IMG/VR virus record: IMGVR_UViG_3300021389_001814
Location: 4,467 to 68,466 of that record
Origin: a virus
DNA: 64,000 nt
Strand: one strand, 5' to 3'
This document shows, one piece after another, positions 9,540 to 19,778 of this stretch. Each line of letters opens with the position of its first letter. Within the stretch, counting starts at the first letter, position 1. The translations under genes and the position numbers were made by a program. A model generated the notes under the pieces. That model did not search any database, was not told the origin of the DNA, and saw only the letters and a program-made list of their open reading frames with translations.

Positions 9540-10288
9540 TTTTTATACCTTACGTAGACACCGCCACTGGCACCAGATAAAGAACCAGAAGCACGAGCAC
9601 CGCCGCTTCCAGAACCACTAATTCCGCCACCACTGCTTGCTCTACCTATTCCGGTTGCTCCCGTTCCGCCGCCAGCATAAGTATCATTTTGTCCTTTAAA
9701 ATTTACTAATAGCGGGGAACCTCCGGTTGGTTGTCCGCCATTGCTTCCTGCTCCCCCGCCGCCGCCGCCGCGACGTGAATTCCCATTAGAACTTCCTACG
9801 CCATTTCCTCCCCTATTTCCTTGTCCAGAAATACCAGAACCTCCAGTAAAAGCCAAAGATGTGGTGTAAGCAGCGCCGCCTCCGCCAGAACCTCCAGAGC
9901 TTCCAGAAGTCGTTGACCCGCCATTTCCTCCACCGCTTGATGTTAATCCATTAAATGAAGAAGAACCACCACTTCCGCCAACAGTTGTGTTATAAGTTCC
10001 AGAAGGCAATATTATGGGGTTTCCTATTGTATGCCGAACCCCGCCACCGCCGCCAGCGCCTGGAGCATATGTGTTACTTTGGCCAATGCTCCCTCCACGG
10101 CCTCCACCGCCTACGACCAAGTATTCCAAATCCGGATTATCTATATCGCCTTCTCGTATGATATTAATACTAGAAGAAGAAGAGAAACTGTGAACTTTGT
10201 ATATTACTCCATTTATATTATGTTCTGATATTGCTCCGCCCGTGGCAATATGCTTTGGTTTTGATGAAATAACACTACAAATTAACAT
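9536..10288 (-). CDS. Glycine-rich domain fibre tip/adhesin-like protein
   Basis: EYLVVGGGGRGG...GGGGGV...GGVYVRY Gly-rich domain; start reassigned to TAATG at 10288 (MLICSVISS). Confidence 0.7.
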   Translation of the reverse strand: MLICSVISSKPKHIATGGAISEHNINGVIYKVHSFSSSSSINIIREGDIDNPDLEYLVVGGGGRGGSIGQSNTYAPGAGGGGGVRHTIGNPIILPSGTYNTTVGGSGGSSSFNGLTSSGGGNGGSTTSGSSGGSGGGGAAYTTSLAFTGGSGISGQGNRGGNGVGSSNGNSRRGGGGGGAGSNGGQPTGGSPLLVNFKGQNDTYAGGGTGATGIGRASSGGGISGSGSGGARASGSLSGASGGVYVRYKK

Positions 10289-10755
10289 TATGCCAAATCT
10301 CCATATAGATACCATGTATTCGCGGCAAGCTTTGCAGCGGTTGCCATAGAATATTGAACCGCGAGTTGATTAGTTAATCCATTTCTTATCCTAACGGTCA
10401 CGCCCGCTTCGCTTCCTATCGTAACAGAGCCAGTTCCATCCCGTGTAAAGTGGACAACTGTTCCTATCGGAAAGTCCAAAGTTGTATCATTTGGAATAGT
10501 ATATGTGACTGTCGTAGAAGCAGTAGAAAACAGCATACTGTTTGAATCTGTTAGAATTAATGTTCTGCTGACGGATACTGGTATTATTCCACCAATCGGA
10601 GAACCATTGAGTCCATCTTGTCCTGCTGTCCCTATGCTGCCAGTGTATCCTAGACTCCCAAAAGAACCAGTATATCCGATTGCACCCTGAGAACCAGAAT
10701 AACCAGTATCTCCGATAAAATCGCTTCCTAATAAACTACTTAAACTTACTGCCAT
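10288..10755 (-). CDS. Short collagen-like fibre adaptor
   Basis: GYSGSQG/GYTGS triplets followed by a C-terminal domain ending WYLYGDLA. Confidence 0.7.
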   Translation of the reverse strand: MAVSLSSLLGSDFIGDTGYSGSQGAIGYTGSFGSLGYTGSIGTAGQDGLNGSPIGGIIPVSVSRTLILTDSNSMLFSTASTTVTYTIPNDTTLDFPIGTVVHFTRDGTGSVTIGSEAGVTVRIRNGLTNQLAVQYSMATAAKLAANTWYLYGDLA

Positions 10756-10767
10756 ATTTTTATCCTT

Positions 10768-13700
10768 TTATGCCTGTGATTCGCTCCAAGTAATTCTAGC
10801 ACTAGCATTGTATGGTGAATTTGCGCTAATATCACTTGTATCACTTACCCTTACCGCAACAGTAAGAAGGTCGGGGCCATTTGGGAAAACACCATCTCCA
10901 CCTAAAATACTATTACCCATGTCAGTAATTTCTCTCAAATCAAAGTTTGATGCTGCCGATAATCTTCTTCCGGTAGAATCCTCGGTTCCGCCAGATGCAC
11001 GGAAACTAAATATTTCAGTTCCACCAATAACAACATCGCCTTGTTGATGTGTTATAAGATTTGACAGAGATGGGTCTTGAACATTGCTAAATCCAATATT
11101 ACTTAGATTTCCGTTAAGTATTAGAGCAACCTCACTATCATGGGAAAGAACCATACCAACTTCGTTCAATTTAAGTTGCATTCTATTAATAATTTCTCTT
11201 TCTCCAAGATTTCCGGTAATACCGTTATCAACACTTGGCGCAAGTCTAATACTAATCAGTGGAATAGTAGATTTAGACAAATCAGTTCCATCTCCACCGC
11301 TTGCTGGTTGTCCAATACTGACAGCCGTTCCACTAGCAACAACAGGATAATTAGAAGGAGTATTAAACTGTGTTGTCAAGTATATATAAACACGATAGCT
11401 TGAACCACTGTATGTTGCGCTATCAACCACCTGTCCATTTAATTGTTCGTTAACGGTATATAACGATGTTCCGGTAGTAAATTTACTTGCATCCGATGAT
11501 GCAAAAGATAAACGAACATACCAATCGTATGACCTTTTGTCTCGGTTCCATTGTCTATCCAATACAGAATTAGCGTTTGTAGTTGCACTAAGTCCCTGAC
11601 CGTTAGTGAACGAAAGATTATTTGATGCTGCCGTGAACAAATATGCTTTATCGTCATTGAATGTTCCGTCCATGATGACTGATGTTCCCCAGTGGAATAG
11701 ATTTGGTACATATGTTGCGGTATCGGTATTTTCAATTTCATATCTTGCTGGAATGTTACCAGAACGCATATAAGCTTCTGTGAGTTTATTGTTGTGAACA
11801 AACTCATGAACATATTTGACGTGACCTTTTCTATCTTTGAAACCGAAACGAATTTTACCAGCACCATACCAGCTATAGTCCATATATGCCATCTGTATTT
11901 TTGTTACATCTAAATCAAATCCGCTAGGACCATTTCCGTCACATCTATCTAAATTCCATTCGCTTTGTGGAATTTTTGTGTCTACTGTTTTAGTAAGTAC
12001 AACTCCATTGGCAGACACACCTTTGTATGCTGGTTGAATAACTGCTTCTGTTCTACTTTTTATTTTTGTAACTTTATAGGTCTGACCTCTAATTACAATG
12101 GTTTCTCCCTGAGAAAGTTGTCCACTAAAGTTTGTTCCATTTCCTAACAATAAATTAGAATTATTGATCACAGTTCCGGTTCCGCTAACTTGTTGTGTTG
12201 AACTACGACGAACTGCGTATATTTGGCTACCATCGTATTCATAAAAGAAACCATTTTGGAAATCAAACATACCCGCACGAACAGCACTTCCAGTCCATCC
12301 ATTAATATTAAAAGATATTAGACCTCTTGGAATTGATGTTGTAGGAATAGATAACAATTCATACGTGAATACAAATTCATCTTGGACTGTATCTACTACA
12401 TAATCTCCATTATATTCCGTATCTAAACTGTCTCTAATGGTTACACTATTGTTAGTAGTCAATCCATGTGGGTATTTTGTTCTTACTGTTACAGTTGTTC
12501 CGTTTGAAAATATGTCTTCTACCAATATAGGAGGATTAAAGTTTATAGCTAGAGAAACTTGAATACCTTTACCCGACTGATAGCGGAAATATTTACGAGT
12601 TTGTCTAACGATTTGACTATAAGGACTTGTTCCAGCATTGATTTCAACACCGCCATCAAATGGCCTATGCAATGTTGCGCCATCTGGTCTGACATACAGT
12701 GCAGTAGGGACCATCAATTTAGTAGCAGCAGAAGTAAAGCTAGGCGCTTCTGTTAATACCATTTCCACATCGTCAACAACAGTAGACACTGTAAATTCTT
12801 CTAGTCTTCCTGGGGTCGTTCCATCATTTACTATTAATATCTTATCTCCAGATTTATAATATGTTTTAAAAATGCTGCCAGTATCCCCAATTATAGTTTT
12901 TGAATTTTCAGTAACACTTATATCTTCTGGGACAGGAATGAGACCGTTTACAGATTCTGATGAAAATACGTGTATTTCACCAGAAGTTACACTAGCCCAA
13001 TCAATTAATATAAAAGAATTTACAAGTATGTCATCCGGCGATGCTGCAATTCTTATATAATTTGGGTCTTCAACAAATGCATAATATGTAGTATTATCAA
13101 CTAGGCCAGGCAAATCGGCATTTCCGTTATTACTGTAAATTATTGGAGTGTAATTAGCAAGGTTATGATAACTAGGAAAATAGAAATGGTCGGTTACGGT
13201 TTGGTCATCAACCACAATTCCTACCCGTTTCGAATCTGCTCTGAAGGGTAATTCAAATGTCATAGTAGTTTCGTTAGGAACATCGGTAACAGCATACACA
13301 CCATCAGCAGTTCCATATTGATTTCCAACATCTTGGAATATAATTGTTTCTGTTCCGCTGTTGGTCAGATTCAATTCAGTTCCTATATCATTTTTCAATC
13401 TAAATCTATTATTCGAAATAACATCTACATTATATTCGCCAAGCAAATCAAGGGACGGGTATGAGTAATCGCTCGCTAGTCTTTCTAGTATTCTGGTATC
13501 CAAATTACCGATATATGTACTGTCAATATTTATTGCATCTGGAACCCTAAGTGCAACAACTACATTCACATAGTCAGTCATAGAACCATATAAGAATGTA
13601 TAATGGTTGTTTGTACCACGGGTAGATACGGGTTTATTAAATGTTCCGCTATCCCATGCATTTTTTCTAAGAACTATATTGTAAAATAAGAAACTATCTC

Positions 13701-16317
13701 TTCCTGTGGTCTGAAAATATTGAGCAGTTCTTGCATAACGAATATCAGTAGTAACTGCTCCTTCTGTTGTATAAACTGCAGGATTTACCGTTCCTGCAAA
13801 CTGATTTAATATCCCAGATGCATAATTAGAATTCACAACAAAATACATTCTAGTGTCATGTGCGATATTTTCCGGACCAATTATTAATGTGCTAAAATAT
13901 GGAATAGTTTTGTCAACCACATAAGATTCTCCAATTATTTTGAATCCCCTTCCTTGCATTCCTAATCCTGTTCCCAAATCTTCAACATTTCCTGTAAACA
14001 TATTAGAAAAGTTTGTAGCATTGTTTAAACTATAAGCTCCATATTGAGAGCTAACATATCCTTCAAGATACGCATAATTTATGGTGCTGGAGGTTTCCAT
14101 TCCAGTATTAAAAATTTGCCTAGCATTTGGTCCATTCATATACATATCTGTATATGTCTGGCTTGTTGCTGTTTCCGATTCTGCTATAAAATCTTCTATC
14201 CCGCTATTAATAATTTGATAAAGTGTTTCAACATCAGAATCCGATGCAGTATATGTAATGTCACCAGTTTCGGCAGTTGGGAGAACACCCAAAGCTTCAA
14301 CATCTATTTTTAGTCTACTATCATTTGACAGACCATGATTTTCTATATAAAAACTGTTTTTAGTTTGTTTTTCAACTATAGCAGTTAAATCATACACCCC
14401 AGAAGCATCATGAACTCTATATGCAGTGGAACCGCTTTTTATTCTGAATCTATCATTTGAAACTATTTCTATGGTGTCTACAGAAGAATCCGTTATATTT
14501 ACAGGATTGTAAACTGACGTATAATTGTTAACAACTGTGGTCGAACGTGTTGGGGTATTTCCGCTAGTGGTTGCCCAAGCAATGCTCTGGCCATCTTCAA
14601 GTCCATGATCTTGTATGTAAAACGTATCACGTTCTGTATCATAATTTAGAGGAATAAAGAACATTTCTCCGCGACCGAAATTATAGGTTCCGTTAGACCA
14701 ATAATAAGACAGGTTTCTGTACAAATAAGTAGTAGCAAAAGACACATTATTCGCTCTAAATGTATCTTGGCCTGTATAACGAGTTATATCTTCAATGAAA
14801 TTAAATGTATTTGGCGAAGCACCGTTATCAGGTATTGTCATGTCTGCGTCATAACGAGGACTGTAATATGGTTTGTTCCAAACAACATCGTAGCTGCTAG
14901 TTCCATACCAAGCAGTATTAGTGCCTTTAAAAAATAGAGGAAGGAAATCTGGCCTTGATCTCATTTTTCCGTAGCCATTGGCTCTCAAATCCCATCCTGA
15001 TCCTGATCCAAAGCGATGCCCTGGTGTTCTCCAATATTCATTATAACGCCTATACACAGAGTCTGCATTACTTATTTCATATGCAATCATGAATTGTCCG
15101 CGACCAAAATTGTAGGTTCCGGCTGAAGTGATTGTTATAGGACTTCCGTTAAATGTTGCTTTTAATTGAAAATCGTCAGTTGTTGGATTTGTGATATAAT
15201 ATACATCAAAACTCGATAACCCACCAATTGAAGTATCTCCTGCGGGCTTTATATATAAAACACAATCGTCTTCCCTAAATTCGTGGCCTTCCCAAAGTAT
15301 TCTATCGTTTGCCACATCTACGTCAGCGGCAAGTATCTTTTTACTATAAGCGCCAACCAGTTGTTTCGTTTCGGTAAGGCTACCATTTACTGATTGTGTA
15401 TCAGATACCGTATCTTGTGGGTCAACATAAGGTTCGCCATCGGGCGCATTGCTTGTGGTAACATCGTCCAAAACAAGTGTTCTGGGGCTTACTGTATTAA
15501 GAAGATAAAAGCTTGATCCTGCCTTAAACCCATGTTCATATGGTGTAGTGATAGTAATAGTAGATGGTGTCAGTGTATCGGTTGTCATTCCGTTTTCTTC
15601 TGCATAAGCAACTCTACTACCCGTATAAAATTCACCAGGTATAATGGTAGTATAAGGCCCGCTTATTGTTGCTACCCGAGATTGTAGTTTTCTTGCTTTA
15701 TAAGTGAAACTAAAGTCGTCTACGATACTACTAACTAGATATTTTCCTTCTGCAGTATTGGAATCCAATCCATTAACATCAATTGGCGAACCTTTAGACA
15801 ATCCATGCGGCTGATTGAAATCTACACGAATAACATCAGAACCATTTATAGAAGAAACTTTTTGAAGACCAATAATAGATTGTCCAGTAGAATAAAAACT
15901 AGGAACATTGTTTAGTAATTCAAGTGTTTCCCATTTTGAATTTTGCAGGCCATATTCAAAATCGGTGTCAATTAGGTTTTCTGGATTACTGACTCGAATT
16001 TTACTAACTGGGTCAATAAAAGATTCACTAAATTCAACTTCTTGATGATCGTGGTCAATAAAGATTTGCAAATGGTCGGTGTCTTGTGCACCAAGTGCTA
16101 CTACATCTGCAACTAGGTTAATTATAGTATATTCGTTATCATCATGTGTTATGCTGTTGTAACCAAAATTTGGGTCACCAAAATTATAGATTACTTTATT
16201 TATGGTGACATCTGTTATTAATAGAAATTTTTCAGGAAATATTTTTTCCTTAATAGTAATAGTTCCATTAGCAGTGTCAAAAGTATAATTGTCTATAAAA
16301 AGTTTTCTCTTAGCCAT
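10768..16317 (-). CDS. Large virion structural protein (1849 aa)
   Basis: Multiple HGL/HGF beta repeats; RKYFRYQSGK, DGNGPSG and WYGAG motifs shared with 47524 and 50897. Confidence 0.75.
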   Translation of the reverse strand: MAKRKLFIDNYTFDTANGTITIKEKIFPEKFLLITDVTINKVIYNFGDPNFGYNSITHDDNEYTIINLVADVVALGAQDTDHLQIFIDHDHQEVEFSESFIDPVSKIRVSNPENLIDTDFEYGLQNSKWETLELLNNVPSFYSTGQSIIGLQKVSSINGSDVIRVDFNQPHGLSKGSPIDVNGLDSNTAEGKYLVSSIVDDFSFTYKARKLQSRVATISGPYTTIIPGEFYTGSRVAYAEENGMTTDTLTPSTITITTPYEHGFKAGSSFYLLNTVSPRTLVLDDVTTSNAPDGEPYVDPQDTVSDTQSVNGSLTETKQLVGAYSKKILAADVDVANDRILWEGHEFREDDCVLYIKPAGDTSIGGLSSFDVYYITNPTTDDFQLKATFNGSPITITSAGTYNFGRGQFMIAYEISNADSVYRRYNEYWRTPGHRFGSGSGWDLRANGYGKMRSRPDFLPLFFKGTNTAWYGTSSYDVVWNKPYYSPRYDADMTIPDNGASPNTFNFIEDITRYTGQDTFRANNVSFATTYLYRNLSYYWSNGTYNFGRGEMFFIPLNYDTERDTFYIQDHGLEDGQSIAWATTSGNTPTRSTTVVNNYTSVYNPVNITDSSVDTIEIVSNDRFRIKSGSTAYRVHDASGVYDLTAIVEKQTKNSFYIENHGLSNDSRLKIDVEALGVLPTAETGDITYTASDSDVETLYQIINSGIEDFIAESETATSQTYTDMYMNGPNARQIFNTGMETSSTINYAYLEGYVSSQYGAYSLNNATNFSNMFTGNVEDLGTGLGMQGRGFKIIGESYVVDKTIPYFSTLIIGPENIAHDTRMYFVVNSNYASGILNQFAGTVNPAVYTTEGAVTTDIRYARTAQYFQTTGRDSFLFYNIVLRKNAWDSGTFNKPVSTRGTNNHYTFLYGSMTDYVNVVVALRVPDAINIDSTYIGNLDTRILERLASDYSYPSLDLLGEYNVDVISNNRFRLKNDIGTELNLTNSGTETIIFQDVGNQYGTADGVYAVTDVPNETTMTFELPFRADSKRVGIVVDDQTVTDHFYFPSYHNLANYTPIIYSNNGNADLPGLVDNTTYYAFVEDPNYIRIAASPDDILVNSFILIDWASVTSGEIHVFSSESVNGLIPVPEDISVTENSKTIIGDTGSIFKTYYKSGDKILIVNDGTTPGRLEEFTVSTVVDDVEMVLTEAPSFTSAATKLMVPTALYVRPDGATLHRPFDGGVEINAGTSPYSQIVRQTRKYFRYQSGKGIQVSLAINFNPPILVEDIFSNGTTVTVRTKYPHGLTTNNSVTIRDSLDTEYNGDYVVDTVQDEFVFTYELLSIPTTSIPRGLISFNINGWTGSAVRAGMFDFQNGFFYEYDGSQIYAVRRSSTQQVSGTGTVINNSNLLLGNGTNFSGQLSQGETIVIRGQTYKVTKIKSRTEAVIQPAYKGVSANGVVLTKTVDTKIPQSEWNLDRCDGNGPSGFDLDVTKIQMAYMDYSWYGAGKIRFGFKDRKGHVKYVHEFVHNNKLTEAYMRSGNIPARYEIENTDTATYVPNLFHWGTSVIMDGTFNDDKAYLFTAASNNLSFTNGQGLSATTNANSVLDRQWNRDKRSYDWYVRLSFASSDASKFTTGTSLYTVNEQLNGQVVDSATYSGSSYRVYIYLTTQFNTPSNYPVVASGTAVSIGQPASGGDGTDLSKSTIPLISIRLAPSVDNGITGNLGEREIINRMQLKLNEVGMVLSHDSEVALILNGNLSNIGFSNVQDPSLSNLITHQQGDVVIGGTEIFSFRASGGTEDSTGRRLSAASNFDLREITDMGNSILGGDGVFPNGPDLLTVAVRVSDTSDISANSPYNASARITWSESQA

Positions 16318-16326
16318 TTTTAATCC

Positions 16327-16575
16327 TTATGATAGCGCGATTGCAAAAGCAATTGCACTTGTGTCCGTTTTTGCTTCCCATTTTTCGGTTTCAGCATTAT
16401 ATATTAGAGATGCACCATCCGTGAGTCCTGTGGTATCTATATTATCAGAACTATCTTCTAGGTCTTCCCTTAAACTCCATCTTTGCCCATCCCAAACCCA
16501 CGTATTACTATCTACAGTATATGTAAAACTTCCATCGGTTGGTTGTCCAGTTGTATCAGGAAAACTTAGTGCCAT
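16327..16575 (-). CDS. Small fibre linker protein
   Basis: N-terminal MALSFP...WVWDGQRW motif; C-terminal AIAFAIALS; GGAG RBS and late promoter upstream. Confidence 0.7.
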   Translation of the reverse strand: MALSFPDTTGQPTDGSFTYTVDSNTWVWDGQRWSLREDLEDSSDNIDTTGLTDGASLIYNAETEKWEAKTDTSAIAFAIALS

Positions 16576-16593
16576 TTTTTATCTCCATTATTA

Positions 16594-16601
16594 TATTTAT
16601 A
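16594..16601 (-). promoter_or_regulatory. T4-type late promoter
   Basis: TATAAATA upstream of 16575. Confidence 0.55.
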
Positions 16602-16602
16602 T

Positions 16603-17982
16603 TTATCCAAAAAGAATACTCATTGCAACACTGAACCCACGATTCCCACTAGCCGCACTTCCAGTATAACCAACTGAACCTACGTTTGTTATGACTTGCC
16701 ATATTGAACCATCATATACAAATTCAGCTTTACTTTGTCCTATATCTAAAAGCAAATCGTCATTTATTATGTCTTCAATTTGATTTCCGTTTCTTCCAAC
16801 CGTGAGTGGATTTGTGGACCAATCACCGCCATCTGCAATCATGACAAAATCTCCCACACTAGGAGATGGTGGAAGATTTATAGTAAAAGAACCACCAGTA
16901 GTGTCTGCAATTATACCATCTTTATTCTGCGAAGTTATTCCGTCATCGGTTACTGTGTATACTTTCCAATTATATACCTGACCAATGCTTCCGTTATAAC
17001 CACGACTTCCTGCATATCCGGATATTCCAAGACTTCCGGTATATCCACGAATGCCTTGCGGTCCGGTTGCACCCAACCAAGTTCCGTCATAATAAACATT
17101 CAAACTTGCATCATTTGAATTGAACCACAAATATCCGTTTGTTAAGTTTGGGTTAATTGGTGCGGTATCTGTTACTTGTGCACTAAATCCACGGCTACCA
17201 CTATATCCGGTGCTTCCGGTATAACCTATTCCTTTACTTCCTGTATATCCTAGTTCGCCTTTTGGTCCAATTGGTCCACTGACAACTACCCATTGACTTG
17301 TATCACCATCATCATAATATACTTTTAATGTTCCGTCTTCGGTGTCAAACCACATTTGACCATTAACTGGAGTAAGTGGTGGTGAATTTAGTGTTTCAGT
17401 TACGGTTCCGTCATCGCCACGACTTCCGGTAAATCCCAAGTCTCCTTGCGATCCACGGCTTCCAGTATAACCAAATTCTCCACGACTACCAAGATACCCA
17501 CGAGAACCAGCGTATCCAACATTTCCCTGAATGCCTTGCGAACCTATAAAACCTGTGTCACCTCTGCTGCCAGTGAAACCTATGCTTCCGGTGTATCCTA
17601 GTGTTCCTCGTGAACCTATAAAACCAGTAATACCACGACTGCCCGTGTATCCTGCCCCAGTGCTTCCAGTATATCCTAGTATTCCTTGTGAACCTATAAA
17701 CCCAGTAATACCACGGCTACCAGTGTACCCTGCACCTGCTGGACCTTGTAATCCACGACTGCCAGTATATCCTAAAACACCTTGACTGCCAGTATACCCA
17801 TCCCCTGTTCCAAAAGATATACTACCAAGAAATCCTAATCCTACAAAATTTCCATCACTGTCTATAACAAGTTTTGAATTAACTTTGAGACTATTAATAT
17901 CTAATGATGGTGAAGATATTTTTAAATCTTCACCATCATTTGTTTCAATTTCGTTAGTAGGATGTTTTATATTAATTGCCAT
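16603..17982 (-). CDS. Collagen-like fibre protein
   Basis: GYTGS triplets, two WFxxxD...YYDG knob domains, one IADTTGGSFTINLP...YDGSIWQV domain, ends VAMSILFG. Confidence 0.8.
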   Translation of the reverse strand: MAINIKHPTNEIETNDGEDLKISSPSLDINSLKVNSKLVIDSDGNFVGLGFLGSISFGTGDGYTGSQGVLGYTGSRGLQGPAGAGYTGSRGITGFIGSQGILGYTGSTGAGYTGSRGITGFIGSRGTLGYTGSIGFTGSRGDTGFIGSQGIQGNVGYAGSRGYLGSRGEFGYTGSRGSQGDLGFTGSRGDDGTVTETLNSPPLTPVNGQMWFDTEDGTLKVYYDDGDTSQWVVVSGPIGPKGELGYTGSKGIGYTGSTGYSGSRGFSAQVTDTAPINPNLTNGYLWFNSNDASLNVYYDGTWLGATGPQGIRGYTGSLGISGYAGSRGYNGSIGQVYNWKVYTVTDDGITSQNKDGIIADTTGGSFTINLPPSPSVGDFVMIADGGDWSTNPLTVGRNGNQIEDIINDDLLLDIGQSKAEFVYDGSIWQVITNVGSVGYTGSAASGNRGFSVAMSILFG

Positions 17983-17987
17983 ATATA

Positions 17988-17995
17988 TATTTATA
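17988..17995 (-). promoter_or_regulatory. Late promoter, possibly giving a leaderless mRNA
   Basis: TATAAATA 5 nt before the ATG at 17982; no RBS. Confidence 0.5.
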
Positions 17996-18440
17996 TTGGC
18001 TTAACAGGCCACTCTACTGTTTCTGGAAATCCTTGTTGATCGGTTATATCACGCAATGCTTGGCGATATTCTGCCATTTCTGCTGCTAGTGTAACGTCGC
18101 TTAAAGCAAGATAATCAGTTTCTGACAACAATTGATTTCTTTGACTTCTTATACTATTGGCTTTTACTTCTATCCATTCCGCAATTTCAGTTTGAGTTTT
18201 TTCAACTACGTTCCAAATTTTAGTCCAGTTTCCACTTTCATCTTGAACAAACCCACCGTCTTTTAATTTTTGTGTTTTTTTATCATAAGTTGGCTGTTCT
18301 TGTTGTATATATGGATACACATCAAATCTTGCTAATATCTCATTTGATATTGTTTTTGGAAATGATACGTTTTTATTATCACGGCGCAATTTTCCGATTG
18401 TATAAATTTCGGGTTCACCGTTTGTTAGTTTGATATACAT
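17991..18440 (-). CDS. Tail fibre assembly chaperone-like protein
   Basis: IRSQRNQLLSETDY...YRQALRDIT.Q.GFP...WPVKP C-terminus. Confidence 0.75.
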   Translation of the reverse strand: MYIKLTNGEPEIYTIGKLRRDNKNVSFPKTISNEILARFDVYPYIQQEQPTYDKKTQKLKDGGFVQDESGNWTKIWNVVEKTQTEIAEWIEVKANSIRSQRNQLLSETDYLALSDVTLAAEMAEYRQALRDITDQQGFPETVEWPVKPI

Positions 18441-18441
18441 T

Positions 18442-19203
18442 TTATTCTCCTATTAGATTGAGTGCTACTTGACTGCCTTGAAAACCGCCAAACTCTGTAA
18501 CAGTGCCAGTGATAGTTTGCGAAGTTGCTAATGCAGCAGGATTGCCTATAAGAGCAGTTGTTCTCAAGTTATCGTAGCTTCCTGTTGAAAATATGTTTGC
18601 ACTGTAGATTTTTGCAAATCCATCGCCAGTATCAATTGAAAGACTTCCAGCATTTCTGTTATCACTGGTATTTACCTGCGCCATAAACAGTGCAGGAGTT
18701 CTGTTTAGAGTAAGACCAGTAGAAGGATAGTTGATTGATAAATTGTTGCTTTGGGCACTTTGTCCTACCAACTCCACTGACGAAACTCCAGTGGCTGCAA
18801 ATGCTTGAAATGTTCTGCGACCTGCACCGTTTGCTTGCAGTCCCGGCCCTGTCACACCAAACGCACCGTGACTTGACAAGGTACTGCCGCTGGTAACAAA
18901 AACGCTGTGTTCAAAGCCTCCCGATGTTCTATTGTAGTTAGCATAGATATATGTGCTTGCAGAAGTAGCAGTTGAAGAAGTAGCAACTCCGATAGTGTCT
19001 GATGTCGGAGAAGTGCCATCCCACCAGGTTGACACTTGCATTATTACAGTATATGCACTTGACTTCCAAGCTGTGGGTATTGTAACAAACTCCCAATCAG
19101 TGTCCCAGATATATGTATTAAGTGTTATGTTAGTAGAATCTACAAAAATACTAGATTCTAAGGCACTGGACCCTGCTGCACCAATTGCACTATGAAATAA
19201 CAT
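18442..19203 (-). CDS. Putative fibre tip/receptor-binding protein
   Basis: Ser/Thr-rich beta protein coupled (TAATG) between a collagen adaptor and a chaperone gene. Confidence 0.55.
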   Translation of the reverse strand: MLFHSAIGAAGSSALESSIFVDSTNITLNTYIWDTDWEFVTIPTAWKSSAYTVIMQVSTWWDGTSPTSDTIGVATSSTATSASTYIYANYNRTSGGFEHSVFVTSGSTLSSHGAFGVTGPGLQANGAGRRTFQAFAATGVSSVELVGQSAQSNNLSINYPSTGLTLNRTPALFMAQVNTSDNRNAGSLSIDTGDGFAKIYSANIFSTGSYDNLRTTALIGNPAALATSQTITGTVTEFGGFQGSQVALNLIGE

Positions 19204-19754
19204 TACGATCCATCTCCCACTAAAGCGCCATAAACTGTGCCATTAACTTTCCATAATGCTATAACTGTATAATTTCCACTATCTGGCCATGCTGGCGCAG
19301 AACCACCATTATTAACCCATTCTACAGTTGTCCAAGTTGTTACGCTTCCACTACCGCTATTATCATTAATCATTAGTGTAACAACTTCTCCATCAACAAA
19401 ATTTGTTACATCAATAGTTCTACTTGCTCCCAATGCGGTCAGATACTGTATACTTCCATTTGCTGGTTCAATAGTAATAGTGGCAGCATCAGTTAGTGCG
19501 AAAGTTTGTTCTTGTATTGATCCCGTAAATATCGCTTCACTTGAATTAAAAGAACCAGTGCTACCAGTGTATCCCAACGTTCCTTGCGATCCAGTATATC
19601 CTGCGCCAGTGCTACCAGTGTATCCCAACGTTCCTTGCGATCCTTGCGATCCAGTATATCCTGCGCCAGTGCTACCAGTGTATCCCAAATTGCCTTGGGA
19701 ACCAGTATATCCAGTATATGTTTGGTTCAAAAAGTCATTTAAATTTATTGTCAT
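19203..19754 (-). CDS. Short collagen-like fibre adaptor
   Basis: GYTGS repeats plus a C-terminal domain (NGSIQ...WKVNGTVYGALVGD) paralogous to 20825. Confidence 0.75.
   Translation of the reverse strand: MTINLNDFLNQTYTGYTGSQGNLGYTGSTGAGYTGSQGSQGTLGYTGSTGAGYTGSQGTLGYTGSTGSFNSSEAIFTGSIQEQTFALTDAATITIEPANGSIQYLTALGASRTIDVTNFVDGEVVTLMINDNSGSGSVTTWTTVEWVNNGGSAPAWPDSGNYTVIALWKVNGTVYGALVGDGS
19555..19688. repeat. Tandem 51/60-bp repeat in collagen coding region
   Basis: Unit starting ccagtgctaccagtgtatcccaa at 19555, 19606 and 19666; the second interval has a 9-bp duplication. Confidence 0.85.
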
Positions 19755-19778
19755 ATGTGTTTCTCCAGATATAAGTAT

